Below, piece by piece: positions 26,834 to 34,805 of a stretch of DNA of 64,000 nucleotides. The stretch is from Puniceicoccaceae bacterium (GTDB lineage: Bacteria; Verrucomicrobiota; Verrucomicrobiia; Opitutales; Oceanipulchritudinaceae): contig JBFOMH010000024.1 in the NCBI GenBank assembly GCA_040830765.1, positions 13,476-77,475 on the forward strand, read 5' to 3'. The notes under the pieces are model-generated. The model ran no database searches. It saw only the letters and a list, made by a program, of their open reading frames with translations, and was not told the origin of the DNA. The translations under genes and the position numbers were made by a program. The first letter of the stretch is position 1; the number at the start of each line of letters is the position of its first letter.

Positions 26834-28483
26834 CTAGAGATAGGGCTTACAAAATACATGTATCTGTTCGATTATGTAGTCGAGCATCTTCCTGCTCAGA
26901 CCCGGGTAAACACCGATAAAGATGGCTTTGTTCATAATTTTATCCGATCCGGACAAATTGCCGATTACCCGAAAGGCATCCGAATTCTCCCGCGCCAACT
27001 GGACCAGAGCCGGTTGGCGGACCAGGTTACCCCCGAAGAGGGTCCGGTTGCCGATTTTTACCTCATCGAGGAATTTCGAGAAAGTCGGCCGCGAGAATCC
27101 GGCGGAGTCGCGGACCAGCATCAGGAAGCCGAACCAGCTGGGGACGGCCCGGCGTTGTTCGCTGTCGGCATAAACAAACTCACCCCCTTGCCAGTCCTCG
27201 GCATGTACCGGAAGCGCAAATTCAAAGCAGCTCTGGAGATCGTCCAAACCAGCCCGTAGATAATTCCAATTATCCTGCCGGGCCTTGATAAAGGATGGCA
27301 TGCGTTGCAACTGGACGTTCCCGATAGCCGCCTGGATATCGAGAGGCTTCAAGTTGTATCCCAAGTGGCTATAGATGTACTTGTGGTCATAGCCTACCGG
27401 CAAATCGCCCAGTTGCCACCCAAAACGCTTATTACAGGTGTTGTCCTTCCCACTGGGACACCAGCAGTCACGGCCCCAGTCGCGGAAACTCTCCACAAGC
27501 AACTTCAGCTTCATGTCGCGGACGATGTTAACCGCGCCCCCCTCTCCCATCGTCAAGTGATGGGGCGGATAAAAGGACTGGGTCGAGATATCTCCAAAAC
27601 TGCCGGTTAGGGCGGTCCTCAATCCATTCTCATCCGGGTATGCATAAAGGCTTCCGAGTGAATCACAATTGTCCTCAATCAACCACAAATCGTACTTGCG
27701 GCAAAATGCCATCACCGAAGCGAGGTCAAAGGGATTGCCCATGGCATGGGCGAACATCACCGCCTTGGTCTTTCCTTCACGATAGGCTGCCTCCAGATCC
27801 TCCATGCGAGGATTCAGGGTAACAGGATCGTTATCGAGGAAGACCGGTACGAGATTGTTCTGGATAAGCGGGGCAACTGTTGTCGGAAAACCCGAAGCAC
27901 AGGTTATCACCTCATCGCCGGGACAAAGGCGCTTTTCCCGGGGAAGTTTGTGACTGGTCAATGCACTGACGGCGAGCAGGTTCGCCGATGAGCCCGAATT
28001 GACCAGGATGCTCTTGCGGACTCCAAGAAACTTGGCCAGCCCTTTCTCCAAAGCATCGCCCTCCTTGCCAAGCGTGAGCCAGAAGTCGAGAGTGACATCG
28101 ACCGCCCGAACGATTTCTTCCTCATTGTAAACCCTCCCCGCATAAGGGACAGGATTCTCTTTCGGAACGAAGGCATCGTCATTACCAATCCAATGGGTTT
28201 CGCTACCATGGGCAATGCTCGCGTAGCGACGGCTCCACGACAGGACCAGATCCTTGATGATACCGGCAAAGGCTGCCTCTGGCAAGGAGCCTTCCACTAC
28301 CTCGATATCTTCAGCGGACAGGGACAGCAATTCCCGACTGGAAGGTAACGATGCATGCGGTTGCAAAGGTATGGCCAGCCAGGCCTTGTCCTCCTTCTCC
28401 ACCAGCAAGTGGCGGGGAGAAGCCTCGCCGCCGGCCCTTGTCCGAACAATTTGACCAGAATGCAATGTAGATCCATCAACCAT
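26834..28483 (-). CDS. rfbH: CDP-4-keto-6-deoxyglucose 3-dehydratase E1 (RfbH/DdhC) with an N-terminal extension
   Basis: NSGSSANL, EDNCD, SFYPPHHLTMGEGG (His where aminotransferases have Lys), RDWGRDCWC..GKDNTC Fe-S motif and YDHKY.YSH.GYNLK. Confidence 0.92.
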   Translation of the reverse strand: MVDGSTLHSGQIVRTRAGGEASPRHLLVEKEDKAWLAIPLQPHASLPSSRELLSLSAEDIEVVEGSLPEAAFAGIIKDLVLSWSRRYASIAHGSETHWIGNDDAFVPKENPVPYAGRVYNEEEIVRAVDVTLDFWLTLGKEGDALEKGLAKFLGVRKSILVNSGSSANLLAVSALTSHKLPREKRLCPGDEVITCASGFPTTVAPLIQNNLVPVFLDNDPVTLNPRMEDLEAAYREGKTKAVMFAHAMGNPFDLASVMAFCRKYDLWLIEDNCDSLGSLYAYPDENGLRTALTGSFGDISTQSFYPPHHLTMGEGGAVNIVRDMKLKLLVESFRDWGRDCWCPSGKDNTCNKRFGWQLGDLPVGYDHKYIYSHLGYNLKPLDIQAAIGNVQLQRMPSFIKARQDNWNYLRAGLDDLQSCFEFALPVHAEDWQGGEFVYADSEQRRAVPSWFGFLMLVRDSAGFSRPTFSKFLDEVKIGNRTLFGGNLVRQPALVQLARENSDAFRVIGNLSGSDKIMNKAIFIGVYPGLSRKMLDYIIEQIHVFCKPYL

Positions 28484-29579
28484 CTGAACTACAGAATCTC
28501 CTGATATTGTCCCTCGTCAAGGCCACGACCGCATCCGATTTATCAATCGGTATGGCTGAAGCGTTCCTGTACCAGCCAATCGTCTCTTCAATTGTCTTGC
28601 CAAAGTCCCAGCGCGGCCGCCAGTCCAGGTGTTCGCGGGCCTTGTTAACTGACAAAGAAAGCAACTTTGCCTCCGCCGGCCCTCCTTCGGCAAGGTTCTC
28701 CCACGTACCCGGCCAGGATTTGAGGACAGCCTCCACCAGTTCCTCGACCGACCGGTGGCCCTCCTCATCCGGACCAAAGTTAAAGGCGTAAAGATCGTCC
28801 GGATCCGTCCAGCCATCCGCCAGACGGGAACCCAACCATAAGTAGCCGGAAAGTGGCTCCAGCACATGCTGGAACGGGCGGGTGTGGCCAGGATTCCGCA
28901 CTTGTATTGGCGTCCCGGCCTCCAGGCCCCTGATGCAGTCGGGGACAATCCGGTCAGCGGCATAGTCCCCTCCGCCGATGACATTGCCTGCCCTCGCTGA
29001 AGCAATACTCACCGGTGAACCGTCAAAGAAGGACTTCCTGTAGGAGTGGACAACAATTTCCATCGCTCCCTTGCTGGCGCTGTAGGGATCCTCTCCGCCA
29101 AGCGGATCCATCTCAGTGAAGGCCATGCCGGAATTGTCATTCCGGTAGCACTTGTCTGATGTAACCATTAATCCAATACAGGAATGGTCTATTCTTCTTA
29201 GGGCCTCCAGCAAATTGACAGTGCCCATGATGTTGGTCTCGAAGGTCAGTCGTGGATCCCGGTAAGACTCGACCACCAGCGGCTGGGCGGCCAGGTGGAA
29301 GACAAAGTCCGGCTTGAAATCAGACACCGCCAGGGAAAGAGTGTTTGTATCGCGAACATCCGCGATGGCGTGGCGCATCCGGCCTGCCAGTCCCAGTCGT
29401 TCGAAAAGACTGGGTTCCGTAACCGGTTCCAGCGCATATCCGGCAACCTCTGCCCCGCACTCCAGGAGCCATTCACTGAGCCAGGACCCCTTGAATCCGG
29501 TATGGCCGGTGATCAGGACTCGTTTGCCGGAGTAGGTTTTCCGGAATACCTCAAGAAGATCTGTTGCTTCATAGCTCAT
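28476..29579 (-). CDS. rfbG: CDP-glucose 4,6-dehydratase
   Basis: TGHTGFKGSWL, HLAAQPLV, TSDKCY, DPYSASK, RAGNVIGGGD and RPFQHVLEPLSGY. Confidence 0.95.
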   Translation of the reverse strand: MSYEATDLLEVFRKTYSGKRVLITGHTGFKGSWLSEWLLECGAEVAGYALEPVTEPSLFERLGLAGRMRHAIADVRDTNTLSLAVSDFKPDFVFHLAAQPLVVESYRDPRLTFETNIMGTVNLLEALRRIDHSCIGLMVTSDKCYRNDNSGMAFTEMDPLGGEDPYSASKGAMEIVVHSYRKSFFDGSPVSIASARAGNVIGGGDYAADRIVPDCIRGLEAGTPIQVRNPGHTRPFQHVLEPLSGYLWLGSRLADGWTDPDDLYAFNFGPDEEGHRSVEELVEAVLKSWPGTWENLAEGGPAEAKLLSLSVNKAREHLDWRPRWDFGKTIEETIGWYRNASAIPIDKSDAVVALTRDNIRRFCSSDG

Positions 29580-31966
29580 GTCAGATCTCCTGTATTCTTC
29601 GTCTTCCGGCTACCCTTGATGCGGTAGATTTCATATAGCAAGACGACAGGCAAGGCTGCTATCAGAACCAGCAGGACGGAGGCTATTGGTGCCGCACAAT
29701 CCATGTAGCGGTTCACACCTGGTACCACCGCGGCTTCAACAAGACCGTAGAAAACGGCCCTGCCGAGAAGGAAGAAGAGAAGAATCAGCAAGGCGGCCCC
29801 GGCCTTCCAGGGATCCACGCTCGCATCACGGGAACGGAAAGCCCGGTAAAGCAATGTTGCCAGACAGATGAGCATGGTACCCCCGACGAGAAACGGATAA
29901 TAACTCCCGGCAATTTGCGCCCTCAGGTGGCGCCTCGGGGTCGGTTTATCCTCAACCAGACGGGGCAGCTGGCGCTGGCCGATCCCGATAGTCATTGGGA
30001 TCCCCGAGGAGGTGGACTCAACCGTTCCCCAGTGCCCTTCAGGAAGGTCATGTAGGGGAAACTCATGAACCAAGAGCTTGTTACTCCAAAACTGGACGGT
30101 GATTGGCGCGAGGTCCAGGACCGGGGTCTCGACATGGAAGCCAAGTGGTTCAAGCGGTTCGCTACCCGTGACATCGAGGTACATGGGTGCGATGTCATCG
30201 CGCTGCAGGCGGAAGGCCTCCAACTTGAGGAACTGGTCCTTGTCGTTGACCATGGAAACATGGGTCAGTGGACCAGTGGCAGTGAAAGCCCATCCACGCA
30301 ACATGGCCTTCATTGAGTTGCTGTTGTCAGGGAAAGGAGACCGGTAGGAAAGGATGGTCAGGTCCGTTGCTGCCTGATCTTCGCTTGCTTCGGTTTTTAT
30401 CCGATGGGGAAACTGGCGCTCCGATAAATTATAGGTGCTCAGGCGCTGGCCGTCCTTCCACAAGGTGAGCTTGAAGGGACCTCTGGAAAGCGGGATGAAC
30501 TTCAACCGGAAAGCCGTATCGAATATCCCTTCCTGTCCAGTGAGGCGCTCGATATCTCCCTTCTTCCAGTACACCAGGCCACTTGGTGAGGTGGAGGCGA
30601 CAATGGTTCCATCGCTATCCTCGACAGCGATGAAGTCGAGCCGACCCTCTGAGGAAAATGCGTGCCCCCTGACCTCAACGCTGTTGTCGGCAAGGATGGA
30701 TGCTCGCCTATTGGTGGCATGGTCGAAGAGCGGCCTGTACATTGAAGGGACATCCGCCTCCTTGAGGGCAAATTCAGGTTCCACCTTCTGGTAGTGGAGG
30801 CGTTTAAGGGTGTCGAGAAATAGCCTTGGAAATTCCGGGATCCAGATGCCAAAGTTCGGATCCAGGGGAAAGGAAGTACTTAGTCCCCGCTTGGGCAAAC
30901 GCCCGTCCTTAAAGGCAGTCTCCAGCTCGGCAGAAGTAAGCCTCATCCATTCATCCGCTTCCTTGGGAGAGGTATAAATCCCCGAGGAAGCCAATGAATC
31001 ATACAGACGCCACCACATCCACGCACCCAATTCCCCCTCCCGGCCGGTAGTCATCTCCCCATATTCCAGGTGCGGATTGTTCTGGTCGAGCAAGCCGTCA
31101 CGCAACTGGGCAAAGCGGGGACTCGCTTCCATCGCCATCTCAAGTGTGCGCGTGGTTACTGGCGCCCAAATGGACGGATCGGGGGTATCAATCTGATAAA
31201 GGGTATCCAGCAGACCGGAAAAGCCGGGAGCCTGCTGTTCGTTGGTGGCAAAAATCCCCCACTTGGCATAATTCAAGGAACTGACAAGAAGGATAATGGA
31301 GAGGTAGGCACCAACCGGTACAAGAACCAGAGCCATTTGCGGGAGACTCTCCTTCCAGGTCTTTCCTTGTTTGAAGCGCAGGAAAAGCAAGCGGAGAAGG
31401 AAGAGCAGGCCCAGCAAGCCGATGACCCAAGGCTGTTCCCGGCGGGTCAGCATCATCCAGGCAATGAGGAAACCAAGTGCCCACAGCCATCCGCTGGTCC
31501 AGCGCCAAAAGTGGAGGGAAAGCAAGCGAAAGGCGATCCCCAGGAAAATCAGCATGAGACAAAAGTAGAAGGGTTCTGTCAGCAACTGGTTAAAACCCGT
31601 CAGGACCCAGGGATGGAATGCCAGGCCAAGCAAACTGATCACCGGTATTGCCGGCAGACTAACCAGGCGCATCAGCCCGGTGCAGAAGAAATAACTGCAA
31701 CCAAGAAAAAAGAACTCGATACACAACCGGTAGGGTATGCCCGTCTCCATGCAGATGGCTCCAAACACCGGAAAACCCAGCGGGCGGATAAAAAGCCAAT
31801 TCAAGTTGGGATCACAGGCATAATAATGGTCCAGGATCGAAAGGGCGTACCCCATGTCATCAAAGCGCTGGGCGAATATCTCCTGGTCCGCGACAAGAAA
31901 CAATTTCACCAGGGCAACCAGGACAAATATCCCGTTGAAAATCCTCATACCGATGTTCCTTTGCAT
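29576..31966 (-). CDS. GT-C-like polytopic membrane glycosyltransferase with a large periplasmic region (796 aa)
   Basis: First-loop DD (RFDDMGY), RPLGFP, LTEPFY, TRREQ, many TMs and C-terminal NRY; overlaps the rfbG start. Confidence 0.65.
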   Translation of the reverse strand: MQRNIGMRIFNGIFVLVALVKLFLVADQEIFAQRFDDMGYALSILDHYYACDPNLNWLFIRPLGFPVFGAICMETGIPYRLCIEFFFLGCSYFFCTGLMRLVSLPAIPVISLLGLAFHPWVLTGFNQLLTEPFYFCLMLIFLGIAFRLLSLHFWRWTSGWLWALGFLIAWMMLTRREQPWVIGLLGLLFLLRLLFLRFKQGKTWKESLPQMALVLVPVGAYLSIILLVSSLNYAKWGIFATNEQQAPGFSGLLDTLYQIDTPDPSIWAPVTTRTLEMAMEASPRFAQLRDGLLDQNNPHLEYGEMTTGREGELGAWMWWRLYDSLASSGIYTSPKEADEWMRLTSAELETAFKDGRLPKRGLSTSFPLDPNFGIWIPEFPRLFLDTLKRLHYQKVEPEFALKEADVPSMYRPLFDHATNRRASILADNSVEVRGHAFSSEGRLDFIAVEDSDGTIVASTSPSGLVYWKKGDIERLTGQEGIFDTAFRLKFIPLSRGPFKLTLWKDGQRLSTYNLSERQFPHRIKTEASEDQAATDLTILSYRSPFPDNSNSMKAMLRGWAFTATGPLTHVSMVNDKDQFLKLEAFRLQRDDIAPMYLDVTGSEPLEPLGFHVETPVLDLAPITVQFWSNKLLVHEFPLHDLPEGHWGTVESTSSGIPMTIGIGQRQLPRLVEDKPTPRRHLRAQIAGSYYPFLVGGTMLICLATLLYRAFRSRDASVDPWKAGAALLILLFFLLGRAVFYGLVEAAVVPGVNRYMDCAAPIASVLLVLIAALPVVLLYEIYRIKGSRKTKNTGDLT

Positions 31967-31996
31967 GGTCGCTGATACGGATTTGCCTCGCTTCCC

Positions 31997-32194
31997 CTAC
32001 TCTTGCTTTTCGCCGTTTTCCCGTCCGAGACCCCGCATTCCGGCATAAAGCCCCAGGGCTCCCATTATGAGAATGATCCCGCCCATGAAGAGTGAACTCG
32101 CTGAAAACGCCCCCATCATCATGATGACCGGCGCCAGGAGTAGAGCTATAACAGAGACGACAAGCAACCAGCGCACCATTTGTCCATAACTCAT
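31997..32194 (-). CDS. Small two-TM membrane protein
   Basis: 65-aa hydrophobic ORF filling the gap, co-oriented with its neighbours. Confidence 0.6.
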   Translation of the reverse strand: MSYGQMVRWLLVVSVIALLLAPVIMMMGAFSASSLFMGGIILIMGALGLYAGMRGLGRENGEKQE

Positions 32195-32221
32195 AATAAT
32201 CCTTTCTTCACGGTATCCCGC

Positions 32222-32602
32222 CTAATCCTTAAACTCCGTGTACTTGCGGGAGTTTCCCCGAGCCTTCTCGACAGGATATTTTTCCGCATTTTTAGCCATC
32301 TTGGCACGAATCGCGGCGGCAATGTCAATTCCTGTAATATTGGCAAACTCAATAGCGTAGACGAGAATGTCGGCTAGTTCGTCAGCGACCGCTTCCCGCT
32401 CGGCGCGTTCATGACTGGCTTCCGGCGTATCCCAGAGAAAGTGTTCCATCAACTCGGCCGCCTCCGCAGCCAATGCCATGGAAAGGTTCTTCGGCGAATG
32501 AAAGCGTTCCCAATCGCGTTCCCGGACAAACGCCAGGACCGCCTCTTTTAGTTCCTGCAAGGTGGTCTCAGCATCGCCCTTTGGTTCGCCTCCCGACATC
32601 AT
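32222..32602 (-). CDS. MazG-like nucleotide pyrophosphohydrolase (dCTPase family)
   Basis: RDWERFHSPKNL, EAAEL, DELADI and KYP motifs; TGATG coupling to the upstream gene. Confidence 0.9.
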   Translation of the reverse strand: MMSGGEPKGDAETTLQELKEAVLAFVRERDWERFHSPKNLSMALAAEAAELMEHFLWDTPEASHERAEREAVADELADILVYAIEFANITGIDIAAAIRAKMAKNAEKYPVEKARGNSRKYTEFKD

Positions 32603-34458
32603 CAAGACTTTGGCGGAGTAGTATCCGATTTGGGCACTCCCTCCTTCTCGCTGGTGGTAGTCTCGGCCTCTTCAGGTGATTCGCTGTCGCTTCCAGCAGG
32701 CTTTGATTCGCCTTTCTCAGTGTCCACTGCATCCGCAGCCTCCACAGGCTCCGGCCCCGGCTCTTCGACCGGCTCGGCTGCAGCTGATGGTTCAGCCGGT
32801 TCGGCAGAATCAGCATCCTCACCGGGAACATCCTCTGGTTCATCGGCGGGCTGCGCAGCTTCAGGCTCTTGTTCCGGGGAACTATCTGTCCCAACGGCTG
32901 GGTCCTCGGAAACCGCTTCTGCTTTTTCCTTTTCGGCGACTGCAGCAGCCTTCTGTTTCTCCATGTGGCGGATTTCGTCCTCCCGGATTGGAGGGACAAA
33001 GAGACGCCCGTCACTGTACTCGATGACGTAGCCCTGCGAAACGAGGTAATGCAGATCCGTCTTCAGCTGTTTCAAGGCAGCTGGATCCAAGGATTCTTCC
33101 GGAGGGGCAGGTTCCGCAGGCGAAGTTGTCTCTTTCTCCTCACTTTGTTCAGCATCCTCCGGCTTGGATTCCTCCTTGGCAGCCTCATCAGCAGCCGGCT
33201 TTTGCTTGGCCGTCTCGCCACCAAGATATGCCATGGGCAGGTTCTTGGCCGGGAAGTTCGGATGGGCCTCGAGGAAATCGATCAATTTCTGCAAATTGTC
33301 GGCCAATACCTCGTCGGGCTTGCGGAAATGGCGCTTCACCGCGCAGACGAAGGACACGCCCTTCGAGCCACGTTTGTAAACAGCGAAATGCATGCGCCGG
33401 AGGCGGCCCCTCAGGTGGTTGGCTGTTTCCAAGGGAAACCGCTTCTGCCCTTCAAGAAGATACTCCACCGAGCGCCGGATTTTATCTCCAGGATTCAGGA
33501 GAGCCAGGGACTTTCCCGAAAACCGCGCCGAATACGCGGGACGAACCAGTTTCTCCTTGGCTTCGGTGAAGAGATACAAGCGGGCATCCTCGCGGTTGGT
33601 GAAAACCTGTTCCGGATTATCTTTAACGGAATATCGGGTCTGGGTACGCATCTGGGTCAGCCACGCTTCGATGTCCTCCTCCTCGCGGGAGCTCTCGATT
33701 TTCTGTTCAAAGCGGTCATAGGGTACATGACTCAACCTGGCTGCATGATGCTCGCGGCAAATCGATTGGTACCGATGGTAGTTGGGCGGCCCGAGCAACT
33801 CACCGGTCATGCCGCACTTGTGAACCATCTGGAAGGAACCGGCGGGCGGATCCACTTCAACGGTTTCGACATTGAAAAACTCATCCATGTAATGCCGGAA
33901 GACATGGGCCAGGGCCTCCTCCTCGCTGGCAAAGGGCAGCCCGTCGGGCACACTGGCATGAAGCCGTGCCGCTTCACCCTCCTTTTGCTCCGGATCCCGG
34001 ACAACACAGACAAAGCGATCCGGCTTGTCCAGAATGAGCCGGGCAATTTCAAAAAGCTCGAAAGTCCGGCAGGAATTACGAATGGCTTGGGAAAGAACCT
34101 TGAACGGCTCTTCCTCCGGATAAAAGTCAACTGCCACAGTTGGGGCAAAGGGCTCATGATGGACCGGGCGCTCCCGGCGTTCACGCCGTTCACCACGGGC
34201 GGGTCGGTGTCCACGTGGTCCGCGAGTTGGTCGGTCACCGCGCGAACCACGATCACTTCTACGGTCCATGCCACCCCGGCGATCCCGGGGAGGTCCCTTG
34301 GAACCTCTGCGATTTTCATCGTGATCCCCTTTGGGAATCCGGGTAGCACTCTTCTTGCCACTTAGCCAATCGGGACCAAGGGACAGGGAAGAAAGGCTGC
34401 TGAGGTCCAAATCGTCCTTATCAGCAGGTGGAGTTTGGTCGGTTGCGTCGTCGGCCAT
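32602..34458 (-). CDS. Hypothetical protein (618 aa) with Arg-rich N-terminus and acidic C-terminal tail
   Basis: Long ORF with a globular-looking core and low-complexity ends; translationally coupled to the MazG-like gene. Confidence 0.8.
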   Translation of the reverse strand: MADDATDQTPPADKDDLDLSSLSSLSLGPDWLSGKKSATRIPKGDHDENRRGSKGPPRDRRGGMDRRSDRGSRGDRPTRGPRGHRPARGERRERRERPVHHEPFAPTVAVDFYPEEEPFKVLSQAIRNSCRTFELFEIARLILDKPDRFVCVVRDPEQKEGEAARLHASVPDGLPFASEEEALAHVFRHYMDEFFNVETVEVDPPAGSFQMVHKCGMTGELLGPPNYHRYQSICREHHAARLSHVPYDRFEQKIESSREEEDIEAWLTQMRTQTRYSVKDNPEQVFTNREDARLYLFTEAKEKLVRPAYSARFSGKSLALLNPGDKIRRSVEYLLEGQKRFPLETANHLRGRLRRMHFAVYKRGSKGVSFVCAVKRHFRKPDEVLADNLQKLIDFLEAHPNFPAKNLPMAYLGGETAKQKPAADEAAKEESKPEDAEQSEEKETTSPAEPAPPEESLDPAALKQLKTDLHYLVSQGYVIEYSDGRLFVPPIREDEIRHMEKQKAAAVAEKEKAEAVSEDPAVGTDSSPEQEPEAAQPADEPEDVPGEDADSAEPAEPSAAAEPVEEPGPEPVEAADAVDTEKGESKPAGSDSESPEEAETTTSEKEGVPKSDTTPPKS

Positions 34459-34613
34459 AATTCAAGGTGCGAGAAAGGGTATTCACAGCGAATAAGCAGG
34501 TTAGGTCAAGCACCTTGGAAAAGGGATTCCACCACAAGGACATGGGAAAATCCAAAAAAATCTTGCACTCCGGCACTGGGCTCCCATGTTGCTCTATTCC
34601 TTTCGTTTGGAAT

Positions 34614-34698
34614 GCTCAGGTGGTGGAATTGGTAGACACGCACGCTTGAGGGGCGTGTGCCGAAAGGTGTATGGGTTCAAGTCCCATCCTGAGCACCA
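34614..34698 (+). tRNA. tRNA-Leu (anticodon GAG)
   Basis: GCTCAGG/CCTGAGC acceptor stem plus ACCA, D-arm GGAATTGGTAGAC, anticodon arm CACGC-TTGAGGG-GCGTG, long variable arm and T-loop GGTTCAAGTCC. Confidence 0.95.
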
Positions 34699-34749
34699 TT
34701 TCCCTCTCCGCCAAATGGCGGTACCGGAACGCCTTCTCTTCCCCGATTC

Positions 34750-34765
34750 GCAAGGATATCCTTGC
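34750..34765. promoter_or_regulatory. Perfect 16-bp palindrome upstream of purA (candidate operator)
   Basis: GCAAGGATATCCTTGC, overlapping a TTGCCA hexamer about 40 bp before the purA ATG. Confidence 0.4.
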
Positions 34766-34805
34766 CACAACGTGCAGCAGTGATTTTGTGGGGTGTTTTT
34801 TAGCG

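Noticed and set aside
32869..34365. Long antisense ORFs (for example 498 aa at 32869-34365, 381 aa at 12309-13454 and 362 aa at 10475-11563)
   Set aside because: They lie opposite well-supported genes, have no recognisable motifs and are expected in GC-rich coding DNA.
34614..34698. tRNA-anchored genomic island
   Set aside because: No integrase, no duplicated tRNA 3' end noticed, and the flanking genes look like core genes.
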